A stretch of DNA of 64,000 bases from the human T2T-CHM13v2.0 reference genome, Homo sapiens, in the NCBI RefSeq assembly GCF_009914755.1, contig NC_060941.1; one strand, given 5' to 3'. Below, one piece after another: positions 52,263-64,000 of the stretch. Both the position numbers and the translations under genes were made by a program. Below the pieces are notes generated by a model. The model had not been told where the DNA came from, did no database searches, and saw nothing but the letters and a program-made list of their open reading frames with translations. How positions within the stretch are numbered: position 1 is the stretch's first letter; every line of letters begins with the position of its first letter.

Positions 52263-53265
52263 TAGTAGAGACAGGGTTTCTCCATGTTGGCCAGGCTGGT
52301 CTCGAACTCCCGACTTCAGGTGATCCGCCTACCTCGGCCTCCCAAAGTGCTGGGATTACAGGCATTAGCCACCGTGCCCAGCCTGAAGAAACAGGTTTTT
52401 CAAAGGCAGTTTTCTCTGTCCTAATTGACTCTGGGAGGATGACTGACTGTCTTCACATAGTGATCCCCTGGCCAGGAGGTCGGGCCCTGCCTGAGGAGGG
52501 TGGGCTTGCAGAGAGCAGGAAGGGGCAGAGAGGCTTGCCTCAGCAGGCCGAGAAGACCCCAGGGCCTCCTTTCCCTGCCATCTGGGCTGAAGTGTGGGCA
52601 GATTCTTCTGGTTTGTGTCACACCGAGTAGCACGTGTTTCTTCCCAGGGCGCACAGCGAGAAGGGAGGACAGTGCTGGTTTCTGCCTGGTCCCCATGTCT
52701 TCATTATAGCTGTGGGGCCTGGTGTCCTGTAGTAAACAGTCAGATATGCTTCGGTTGCCTGAACTAAATTGTCTTATGCCTTATTTATTTTTTCCCTTTC
52801 TTTATAATCATCACCCCCACAAACATCTGTTTTTATTGGTAACAAAACAAAGGAAATAGCAACCTTGGGAAGTTGCTTTGTTTTTTCCTTGTCCGGAAGC
52901 CTTTCCTAGTGATTGTTCATGTTTCTGTCTAGTCAAGTTGCCTGTCTTCCTGTGTTGACAATGCAGGGTGGGCTGTGTTGTTCCTTCTCATAGGGAAGCA
53001 GGTAGATGTGAAGCTGCCTCCCTCTCACCTGGGTCTCCTATGTATCTTTTGGGGGTTTGACCTATGGTAGCACTGCCATTCTTTGTACCCCTGCCTCCTT
53101 CTCTGGGGTGGGGCTGCTAGGGAGAGGCCCCCTGGCTGTTAGGACTGATTTGGGGTATCATCTTGGGGCACTGATGTGTTCTGCTCATGTGTCTATATAC
53201 CTGTCCATCTATGTTTCAAGAGTGATTCGTGCCCAGTATGGACATTGGAAACTGCAGATGGGTAG

Positions 53266-53505
<240 letters not shown>

Positions 53506-53836
53506 TGATCTGCCTGCCTCGGCCTCCGAAAGTGCTGGGATTATAGGCGTGAGCCACTACACCCAGCCTGCCTTCATTCTTCTTAATGGCCGTGTTGCAT
53601 TTTATAGTTGGCCTAGACTGAGCTTTACTTTTCAGGCTGAGTATTTTCATTTAGGATTGTGGGACCTTATTTGGGAGGTTACCATACACGTTTCGAGCTT
53701 GCTTTAAATATTAATTGGTGAAGACATAGGATAGTTCAGCTTGGAGTGGGATTTGCCTCCCAGGTCAAAGGGTTCTGTTTTCTTAGTGAACCATGAAAAT
53801 GATGAATTTGAATTTTGAATTTTTCTCCTCTCTCAG

Positions 53837-53914
53837 GGGCAGATAAGAGTAGCCAAGAGGCGGGTCGTGATGGCATCCCTCTACCTGGGGACAGGTCCTT
53901 TGGAACAGGAGCTG
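53837..53914 (+). CDS. PGS1: PGS1 coding exon 3
   Basis: Acceptor TTTTCTCCTCTCTCAG|; GQIRVAKRRVVMASLYLGTGPLEQEL; donor |GTAAGG; 78 nt. Confidence 0.95.
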
Positions 53915-54203
53915 GTAAGGTTTATGGGGAGATGGTTGTGGCAGCAATAGTGAATGGGCCCCAACATGCCACAGCTTTTTGTGCCATGCAGTTGGTGTGG
54001 AGCTGCCTTTCCTTGGCCTCCATGTCAGAGCCAGCTCTTGTTTTTGTTGCCCCAGATATGGGCATGTCAGGAGGGCCTGGTGAGGAGAGCATGGGGGAGG
54101 GCCTGGTGAGGAGAGCTTGAAGAGGTCTGGTCTGGGCCTTCTAGGCCTCACTGGCAGTGTCCTCCTACCCACACAGGGCCCCAGGCAGCTCTGTCTGCCA
54201 GTT

Positions 54204-54513
54204 GAGGGCTTGGCCGACTGTGGCCTGCCACCTGTTATGGTGTAGACTGTGAGCTAAGAAAGAATGGTTTTTACATTTTCAAATAATTGGGGAAGAGAAA
54301 AAATAATATTTTGTGACTTATGAAAACTTTAAATTTCTGTATTGGTAAACAAACTTTTGTTGGAACACAGCCACACTCATTCATTTGTGTATTGTCTGTG
54401 GTCACTTTCATGCTGCAGTGGCAGAACGGGGTAGTTGTGACAGTGCCCATTTGGCCCGTAAAGCTCCAAATATTTACTCTCTGGCCGTTTACACAAAAGG
54501 CTTTCTGACCCTG
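54204..54513. mobile_element. MER58B-like hAT DNA transposon fossil
   Basis: Typical segments GAGCTAAGAA..AATGGTTTTTACATTTT, TTGGAACACAGCCAC and AAATATTTACT.TCTGGCC.TTTACA.AAAA. Confidence 0.7.
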
Positions 54514-54893
54514 TACTAGACAAACGGACCTGAGTGCAAGTTGGGCTGGCTGGCTCGTTCTGCCAAGGGCTGGTGTCAAGTGCCAGGGCTGCGGCCAGCC
54601 TTGTTTCCCTCGGACTTGCTGTTGTGCCACACTTGTCACTTACAGTGAGATAGGTGGGTGGGAAGGAGCCAGCAGTCACCAGGTTTATATGAGGTGTTGG
54701 GGCCAGCGCAGGTTCTGGTGCATGGCGGGATCTGAGGCTCAGCTGAAGTGAGTCTGTGAATGAGATCACTGCTTTCTCTTGGGTCTCCTGGGATTGCTTT
54801 CCGCTCGGTATAGTGAAACAGACGGGCCCATTGCCCAGAGTTAGTGCCGTTTCTTGGTCTGTCCTTGTTCAGAGTTACTGGTGGGAGCTATAG

Positions 54894-55142
<249 letters not shown>

Positions 55143-55777
55143 TAGTAGAGACGGGGTTTCTCCATGTTGGTCAGGCTGGTCTTATCCTGACCTTGGGTGA
55201 TGTGCCCACCTTGGCCTCCCAAAGTGCTGGGATTAGAGGCCTGAGCCACTGCGCCCGGCCGCCTCCCTCTATTTTTAGGATATACCCTCCACTCCAAGCC
55301 TGGAAGCCTGTGTGTTCTCATGGGAGAAGAATGGAATGTCCGCACTGCGGAGAGTGGCCAGTGGGCAGGCCGTGTCTTGGATTCATTCATCTGCCAAATA
55401 TTTACTAAGCACTCTTTACGAGGAGGGCACTGTTGGTTGTGTCTGTGAGGATTGTCTGTGTTGAAATGTACGTGAGACCTGGTGTCGTAGCGTTTCCAGG
55501 GTGGCACGGGCTGGCTGTCAGGCAGCACGCCTCTGCCTGCAGGTCCCTTTCCATTCCTGGAGGCCTGGGCCGATCAGGCCCCTGGGTGCTTCTTCTGATG
55601 ATCATGAAGGTGCTCTCAGACAGATAGCTTTTGTGGTGTTGGTGTCCGAGTGCTGATGGCACAAACCTATCTTTGGAGAAGATGACGAGGGCACTAGCCG
55701 ATGGGGCGATTTGTTTTTCTTTAAATACACACACCTCTTTGGGTCTTAATCTTCTTTTCTGTGTTCTTTCTTGGTAG

Positions 55778-55877
55778 GTGGACTGCCTGGAAAGTACTCT
55801 AGAAAAGTCACTCCAAGCAAAGTTTCCTTCAAATCTCAAGGTCTCCATTCTCTTAGACTTCACGCGGGGCTCACGAG
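55778..55877 (+). CDS. PGS1: PGS1 coding exon 4
   Basis: Acceptor ...TTCTTTCTTGGTAG|; VDCLESTLEKSLQAKFPSNLKVSILLDFTRGSR; donor G|GTAGGT; 100 nt. Confidence 0.95.
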
Positions 55878-56873
55878 GTAGGTGGCATGCAAGCCTGGCC
55901 CCTCCTGCTTCCTGTGTCAGATCCTCAGTCCCAAGAGGGGTTACTGTCACCCCCTCATCCCCAGGCAGAGTCAAGGCTATTTGAAGATCATCCAAGCTGG
56001 CCCAGGGCTGCCTGATTGTGTGAGTTAGGATTTTTTTCTTCAGCAAGTGACTGAAAGCCCAACTAAAAACAGCTTAGGCAGGAGCCGAGTGCAGTGGCAT
56101 GCCCTGTAGTCCCACTTGCGTGGGAGGCTGAGGTGGGAGGATTGCTTGAGCCAGGAGTTTGAGTCCAGCCTGGGCAACATAGCCAGACTTTGTCTCATGA
56201 AAAACTGCCTTAGGCAAAAAGACTTTTTGTGGACTCCTGTGACTGATCTGCTTTGGGTGGCTTGTGATTTGGGGTTTGGCCGTGTCACCAGGATTCATCC
56301 CCTAGCTGTTTCCTTTGGGCTGGCTTCCTTCTCAGGCTCTGTGTGGTGGCCCCTGGTGGCTTAGGCTTGTCTCCCCATGACACCTTGTCTTTTGGAAGAG
56401 TCTGATTCCATGAGAATCGGGTCAAAGCTCCTGACTGGCCTGACGGTGGCATGCCCAGCTGGGAGCTTGGAGTGTGCCGAGTAGCCCAGCCCAGGCCTGC
56501 GTGCTCCCTCATGGAGCTGGGGGTGAGGGGCAAGGTGGGTAGGGTCGTCTTCACCCAGAGCAGAAATGCTGCGAGTGGGTGGGGTAGTGCCCCAGGAGAA
56601 GGTTGGGTGCAGTCACCAGGAGAAGGGTGAATGGGTGCTGTGTGGCAAGAAGAGCAGGCGTCTGCCACGCTGAGGACTTCAGGCCTGAGACATGGCCAGC
56701 ATGCAGGACAGAGGTTGGCCTGGAAGTCCTCTGGCTAGGAGTAGCCCCAGCTGGTGTGACTGATTCAGGTGGACGGCACAGGTGAAGGCGAGGCCACGTG
56801 GAGGTGGCTCCTCATTGGGGGCAGGACGCCTTCCTGTTGTGAGTCAGGTGCCGTTTTCTCTGTCCGTGTTCAG

Positions 56874-57063
56874 GCCGGAAGAACTCCCGCACAATGCTGC
56901 TCCCACTCCTGCGGAGGTTCCCAGAGCAGGTCCGAGTCTCCCTCTTTCACACGCCGCACCTCCGTGGGCTGCTTCGGCTCCTCATCCCTGAGCGCTTCAA
57001 CGAGACCATCGGCCTCCAGCACATTAAGGTGTACCTCTTCGACAACAGCGTCATCTTGAGCGG
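56874..57063 (+). CDS. PGS1: PGS1 coding exon 5 (first HKD motif, HIKVYLFD)
   Basis: Acceptor TGTTCAG|; GRKNSRTMLLPLLRRFPEQ...NETIGLQHIKVYLFDNSVILSG; donor |GTGAGT; 190 nt. Confidence 0.96.
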
Positions 57064-57648
57064 GTGAGTGCTTCCCACTGTCAGTGCTTTTGCCCTCCTG
57101 CTCTGCAGGCTGGAGGGCAGTGGAATAGGAACAGTGGGAAACCCGTTCCCCTCAGTCTTGGAGAACCTGCTTGTAGGTCTGGCTGCTGTGCACCCGCGGC
57201 ACCTCCCCGACACTGTCTCTGCCACTGAGGCTAGAATTCCCCGGGGGCTGACTGGAAGCCACTGTTGACAGGGCACTTAGTCTGTGCTGGCCACTCAGGT
57301 ATGTTGTCTGTTTCCACCCTCAGTGACCCTCTGTAGTATTTTCCTCACTGTGTACATGTGGAAACAGATCAGAGAGGATGAGTCACTTTGTCAGGTAGAC
57401 AGAGCCAGAAAAATAAACAAGAGTCAGACCTGGAAGTCCAGGTCCTTAGGCTGATAAATATGGGCCCTTTCACAGGCCCTCCCCTCGGCAGTGGGGCCAG
57501 GATTGGGTTGCTGGTGCTGAGAGAAAGCCCTTGATTGCATCCTTGCTCTGGGACTGTACCAGTGGCAGCTGTCACTTAGTGGGACAGAGAGAACAAACAA
57601 ACATGGGCGCTGATAAATAGCCCTGCATGGGCTGGGCGCAGTGGCTCA

Positions 57649-57906
<258 letters not shown>

Positions 57907-58052
57907 TCAAAAAAAAAAAAAAGCCCTGTGTGGTTAGTTGACTTTCTGTGTCTGCATCTCCTCTTCTCAGCTACACTGTCGGCTCCTTGAGAGGAGGAGG
58001 CTGTGGGTCACTTTGCTGTGTCACCTTGGATCAACTCTGGCTTTGTCTTTTG

Positions 58053-58791
58053 CACGTGTTCATTGCTGAGTAGCTATTTGTTAACTGCATCTTGACCTGA
58101 GTTTGTCACCCCCCTGCTAGTTCACCTGAGACCTGGGTCACCAGGACACGCTGCTGCATACCCTTGCCTGAGTCCTCCTCACCTGCATCTTCCCTCCCTG
58201 TAGTGCAAACCTGAGTGACTCCTACTTCACCAACCGCCAGGACCGCTACGTGTTCCTGCAGGACTGTGCGGAGATTGCCGACTTCTTCACGGAGCTGGTG
58301 GACGCGGTGGGGGATGTGTCCCTGCAGCTGCAGGGGGACGACACGGTGCAGGTGGTGGATGGGATGGTGCATCCTTACAAAGGTAGGGGCTGCCGCTGAC
58401 ACCCTTCTATGGCTGTGGGTGGGGTGGAGTGAGGGCCCGGGAGAGCACAACTCTAGGTGGTTCTGCCACAGGCATAGGGGACTTGGGTGGCAAGGCTTCA
58501 TTCTGCTTTTGTCCTTGAAGCCAGACAGATGTGACTCACTGACCATCAGTCATGCTCTGTGGGTGAGAGAGCCAGCCCAGAAAGGTGGGAGCTTGGGCTT
58601 GGGACTCCTACTCCTTGAGGCGGAGTCACTCAGGTTTGCACTACAGGGAGGGAAGACGCAGGTGAGGAGGACTCAGGCAAGGGTATGCAGCAGCGTGTCC
58701 TAGTGACCCAGGTCTCAGGTGAACTAGCAGGGGGGTGACAAACTCAGGTCAGGACGCAGTTAACAAATAGCTACTCAGCAATGAACACGTG
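58053..58791. repeat. 170-bp inverted duplication (arms 58053-58222 and 58622-58791, 399-bp spacer) bracketing PGS1 exon 6
   Basis: Manual reverse-complement alignment: no gaps and 4 mismatches (58089/58755, 58092/58752, 58142/58702, 58187/58657). Confidence 0.97.
58204..58382 (+). CDS. PGS1: PGS1 coding exon 6
   Basis: Acceptor CTTCCCTCCCTGTAG|; ANLSDSYFTNRQDRYVFLQDCAEIADFFTELVDAVGDVSLQLQGDDTVQVVDGMVHPYK; donor G|GTAGGG; 179 nt; completes the SGAN tail of the first PLD motif. Confidence 0.95.
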
Positions 58792-59815
58792 TGCCTGGGC
58801 GAGTGACCCAGAAGCCTGCCCTGCATCACAGGAAGCAACCAGGCCAGCAGCTGTTCGCCTAGGGCCCATTTCCCCAAGCCTATCACCTGGGCCTGTGGCT
58901 CCCAGCTCCCTTGAGCTCTGTGGCCCCCTGCCTGGAAAATGAAGTGGAAGAGCTCTCAGCTCTGCCCACTGGAACCAGGCAGGTTCTGGCGTGAGTGTTC
59001 TGGGGCATTTGCATTCCTGTGATTCCTGCGGCTGTGGCTCCCCCATGGCCTTTAGAGAGCTGCTGCTGGATTTGCAGCAGTGTCTGAACTTGGGGAGGAG
59101 GAGCTGAAGTTGGAACTTGTTGGGAGAAGAGCTCTCTGCGTCTTGTGGACCTAGAATGGAAGCATTTCAGTGGGCCGTCTGGTGGAAGCCCTGTCCTTGT
59201 GTCAGGGGAGCCCTGGGCCTCAGACCCCGACCGTGATGGTGTGATGCTCTGCCTGCCGCCATGCACTGTTCCTACTGTTGTATTTTGAATTTCATCTGTA
59301 AAGAGCTTGTGGAGCTCTGTATCTCTCTTGCTGAGTGCCTACCTAGCATCCTCAGCTTTGCCTTTTGGCCCAGAAAGCCTAAAATATTTACCATCTGACC
59401 CTTAAAGAAAATGTGTGTGGATCCCTGGTCTAATGTAACGGGCCAGGCATGGATATGAGAGAAAACAGGCCATGCTTAGGCCAGGATGAGAGCCAGCACG
59501 CTCCGAGCAGGAGCGGGGAGACTCGAGCCCAGCTGTGCTTGGGAGAATGAGTCCACAGAGAGGCTCAGGGTGTGCGCAGGGCCCCCCGGTGCTCCTCCCT
59601 CCGGCAGCCCTGTCCAGCATGTGGCAGTGTGACTCCTTTCTCCCCTGGAGGGTGTTGGCATCAACAGGCTAGACTCCTGCATGGGATGGTCCTTCTCTTT
59701 GTTCTGTAGCCCAGCCCTGAAAGGCACTGAGTGTCTGTTCCTGCCCCCAGCTCAGACCATGCAAGCCAGCAAGGATGACCTGGGACAGCCCTCCTTCCCT
59801 GTTTCACTTCCCTGA

Positions 59816-60244
<429 letters not shown>

Positions 60245-61084
60245 TAGGCGTGAGCCACTGTGCCCGGCCTGTTCTTATTTTTATTTTTTGCTTCCCTATA
60301 CTGTATTCTTGGTTTTATTCTGTTGTTTCTTTCCCCTGTCTTCCTGAGTTGGATGCTTAACTCATTAATTTTCAGCTTTGTCTTGTCTGATAATAGCATC
60401 TTTCCCTTCAGTGTGTCTGCATGGTCACCTGTCACCAGTGTCTTGTCCGAATACAAAAGGCACCCCATGCAGAGCCTGAGCCTGCCCGTTCTTCCTCTCT
60501 CTCAGGCACTGTCACTGCTGTGGGAAGCTTTCCCACATGGTGATGTGCTTATCCAAGGTGATGGCTTGCCCTGTGACCCCATCTGTGGAATACGCATGCT
60601 CCTTTTTTGGTTATACTTGCATGTCTTTATTTGACTGAGCTTCCTTATTGAAGTAGAACATGCACCCCGAGCACCAGTCGCAGGTGTACAGCCATGAACC
60701 TGCTGCTAGTGGACCTGCTTCCTGGAGGCCCCCCGTATGTCCCCCCCAAGGAATTATCCCAAAGGTAACCACTATCCTGATTTCTCTCCCTGTCAGTTTG
60801 TCTTGCCTGGTTTTGAGCTTGTTTGTAATTGGAATGATACGTCGACATGCCTTTCACTTCTGCCTGAGTGTGGGCTACTGTGGACCAGGCCCTTGTCTTG
60901 GGCAAACTATATCCCCAGAGGAGCCTCGCTCTGGGCTTGGGGTCCTGGGCCCACTCAGCGAGTGTTCAGTGAACATCCAGTTGTAGCGTCTGCACTTGCC
61001 TATCACATGCCCTGTCCCCTGAGCTGGGCAGAGTCCAGACCCTCCATTTCTCTTCCCTTCACTCTTCTTTCACGTCTTCCCCAG

Positions 61085-61606
61085 GGGACCGGGCCGAGTA
61101 CTGCAAGGCAGCCAATAAGAGGGTCATGGATGTGATCAACTCAGCCAGGACCCGCCAGCAGATGCTGCATGCCCAGACCTTCCACAGCAACTCTCTTTTG
61201 ACCCAGGAAGATGCAGCAGCTGCTGGGGATCGCAGACCAGCCCCTGACACCTGGATTTATCCGCTGATTCAGATGAAGCCCTTCGAGATTCAAATCGATG
61301 AGATTGTCACTGAGACCCTGTTGACTGAGGCGGAGCGCGGGGCAAAGGTCTACCTCACCACTGGCTATTTCAACCTGACCCAGGCCTACATGGACCTGGT
61401 CTTGGGCACTCGGGCTGAGTACCAGATCCTGCTGGCCTCACCAGAGGTGAATGGCTTCTTTGGGGCCAAGGGGGTGGCCGGCGCCATCCCAGCGGCCTAT
61501 GTGCACATCGAGCGACAGTTCTTCAGTGAGGTGTGCAGCCTGGGACAGCAGGAGCGGGTCCAGCTTCAGGAGTACTGGCGGAGGGGCTGGACGTTCCACG
61601 CCAAAG
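61085..61606 (+). CDS. PGS1: PGS1 coding exon 7 (ends inside the second HKD-type motif, TFHAKG); gene continues beyond the window
   Basis: Acceptor CTTCCCCAG|; DRAEYCKAANKRVMDVINS...TTGYFNLT...ASPEVNGFFGAKG...GWTFHAK; donor G|GTGCGC; 522 nt. All seven exons join in one open frame (1402 nt). Confidence 0.95.
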
Positions 61607-62195
61607 GTGCGCAGCGGCTGGCTGGAGGACGTTCCAGTGTGGGACAGCCACAAACATGGGCAGGGGGTGGGGAGCCCTGGCGCCTACCTGTTAGAGTGCT
61701 GTACTTCTCCCTTCCTACCTTCCCAGCAGCCCTTGCAGGCACATCATAGCTGTCCCATGACTTGGGGAGAGGCGAGCATTCATCTCCTCAAGGGAATTTT
61801 TTTTTTTTTTTTTTTTTGTGACAGTCTTGCTCTGTTTCCCAGGCTGGACTGCAGTAGCATGATCTCAGTTCACCGCAACCTCCACTTCCCGGTTCAAGCA
61901 GTCCTCCCACCGTAGCCTCCTGAGTAGCTGGGACTACAGGCGCGTGCCACCATGTCTGGCTAATTTTTGTATTTTTGTAGAGATGGGATTTTACCATGTT
62001 GCCCAGGCTGGTTTTGAACTCCGGAGCTCAAGTGGTCTGCCTGCCTTGCCTCCCAAGAAGTGAATTTCAGTTGTGTAAAATCCGTCTCTTTTATGCATCA
62101 AAGACTGTATATGGTCACATTATTTGGTGGCTGTGGTAAAGATGTGGTGACATAACCTCTCCTAAGAGATGGAGAGGAACATGCCTTAGCTGTGA

Positions 62196-62336
<141 letters not shown>

Positions 62337-62415
62337 TGACTAATTTTTTATTTTTAGTAGAGATTGGGTTTCTCCATGTTGGTCAGGCTGGCCTTGAACT
62401 CCTGACTTGAGGTGA

Positions 62416-62748
<333 letters not shown>

Positions 62749-63613
62749 TGAGCCACTTGTCTCAGCCTTCCACAGTGCTGGGATTACAGGCGTGAGCCAC
62801 TGCGCCCGGCTGGCAATGCCTTTCTCAGGGAGAAAGAAGATTCATTAGGGATCATTTGTTTTGGCATCAGCAGCCCAGTTTTCTTGTCTTTTCCTCACTA
62901 TTGCTATTGTTTTTTTCCCTATATGCCAATGTCTGCCTTTTTTCCCCATAGCTGAGGAAATGGAGGCTCTGTGCACAGTCTTGCTGGTGGGGGTGGTAGG
63001 AAGAGGGTCACACTCTGCAATGCATGTTTATCCCTCTCAGGCATCTGGCGGAGCAGCCGAAATGGGGCAGAATCCCAGGGGCAGCTCTCTAAGACATGGG
63101 TATAACATGCTGGAAACCCTGTGCTTAGCAGTGGGCTTACTGCATGGCCTCTTAATGCTGGGAGGGTGCCCGCCTCTAGCAGCGGGACCATGACTCCTTT
63201 CTGACGCTGGGGACCCCCAATCCTGGAGCTAGTCTGTCTAGAGAAGGGGAAATGGTGCCTGGAGGCCCCTGTGCCATGAGTACATCCCACGGCTTTTCTG
63301 GCTTCTCCCTGGGCAGTCCAGAGGCCTGTTTTGCTCCTTCTCTTGTCCTGGTTCTAGTGGCTTTCGGAAGAGCTGAGTGAGTGGGGGGCCTCCATGGATG
63401 GGGAATCTAGGCTGTGGACTGCAGTAGGCACACAGCTGTGTTGTTGAGACTCGAGGCATCTTCCGGTGCTCAGGTGGTTTGTTTTTGTTTTTGTTTTCTT
63501 TAAACCAATGTTTTTCAATTGGGGGATGCGTTGTAAGAAATACTGAAGCCGGCCAGGCGCGGTGGCTCACGCCTGTAATCCCAGCACTTTAGGAGGCTGA
63601 GGCAGGCAGATCA

Positions 63614-63926
<313 letters not shown>

Positions 63927-64000
63927 CTAGGAGATTCTGATGCCTAGCCTAGCCTTAAGAACCACTGTCCCAGCTTGGAATGGGAAGCTTCTGGCATGTC

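Overview
Human/great-ape genomic DNA that I recognise as the SOCS3-PGS1 locus (17q25.3 in human). It is Alu-dense and GC-rich. SOCS3 is complete on the minus strand: non-coding exon 1, one intron, a single coding exon (225 aa) and a long 3'UTR with AREs and miRNA sites. Its promoter has TATA, two STAT sites and an AP-1 site. PGS1 (mitochondrial phosphatidylglycerophosphate synthase, PLD/HKD family) is on the plus strand, with coding exons 1-7 in the window and the rest beyond it. The two genes are divergent. Between and around them lie a 7SL pseudogene, an LTR8-like solo LTR, MaLR/MER58/MIR/L2 relics, an orphan CpG island and dozens of Alus. Most computed ORFs are Alu or GC shadows. The most striking unexplained structure is a 170-bp, gap-free, 166/170-identical inverted duplication (58053-58222 vs 58622-58791) that I cannot assign to a known repeat family. 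In PGS1 pre-mRNA it would base-pair over the branch point, polypyrimidine tract, AG and first 19 nt of the frame-shifting exon 6, making it a candidate RNA-structure/ADAR-controlled splicing-NMD switch. Also notable: an AluYb8 inserted into the tail of an opposite-strand AluY, giving a spacer-less ~600-bp palindrome, and a Met-Arg-stop uORF upstream of SOCS3.
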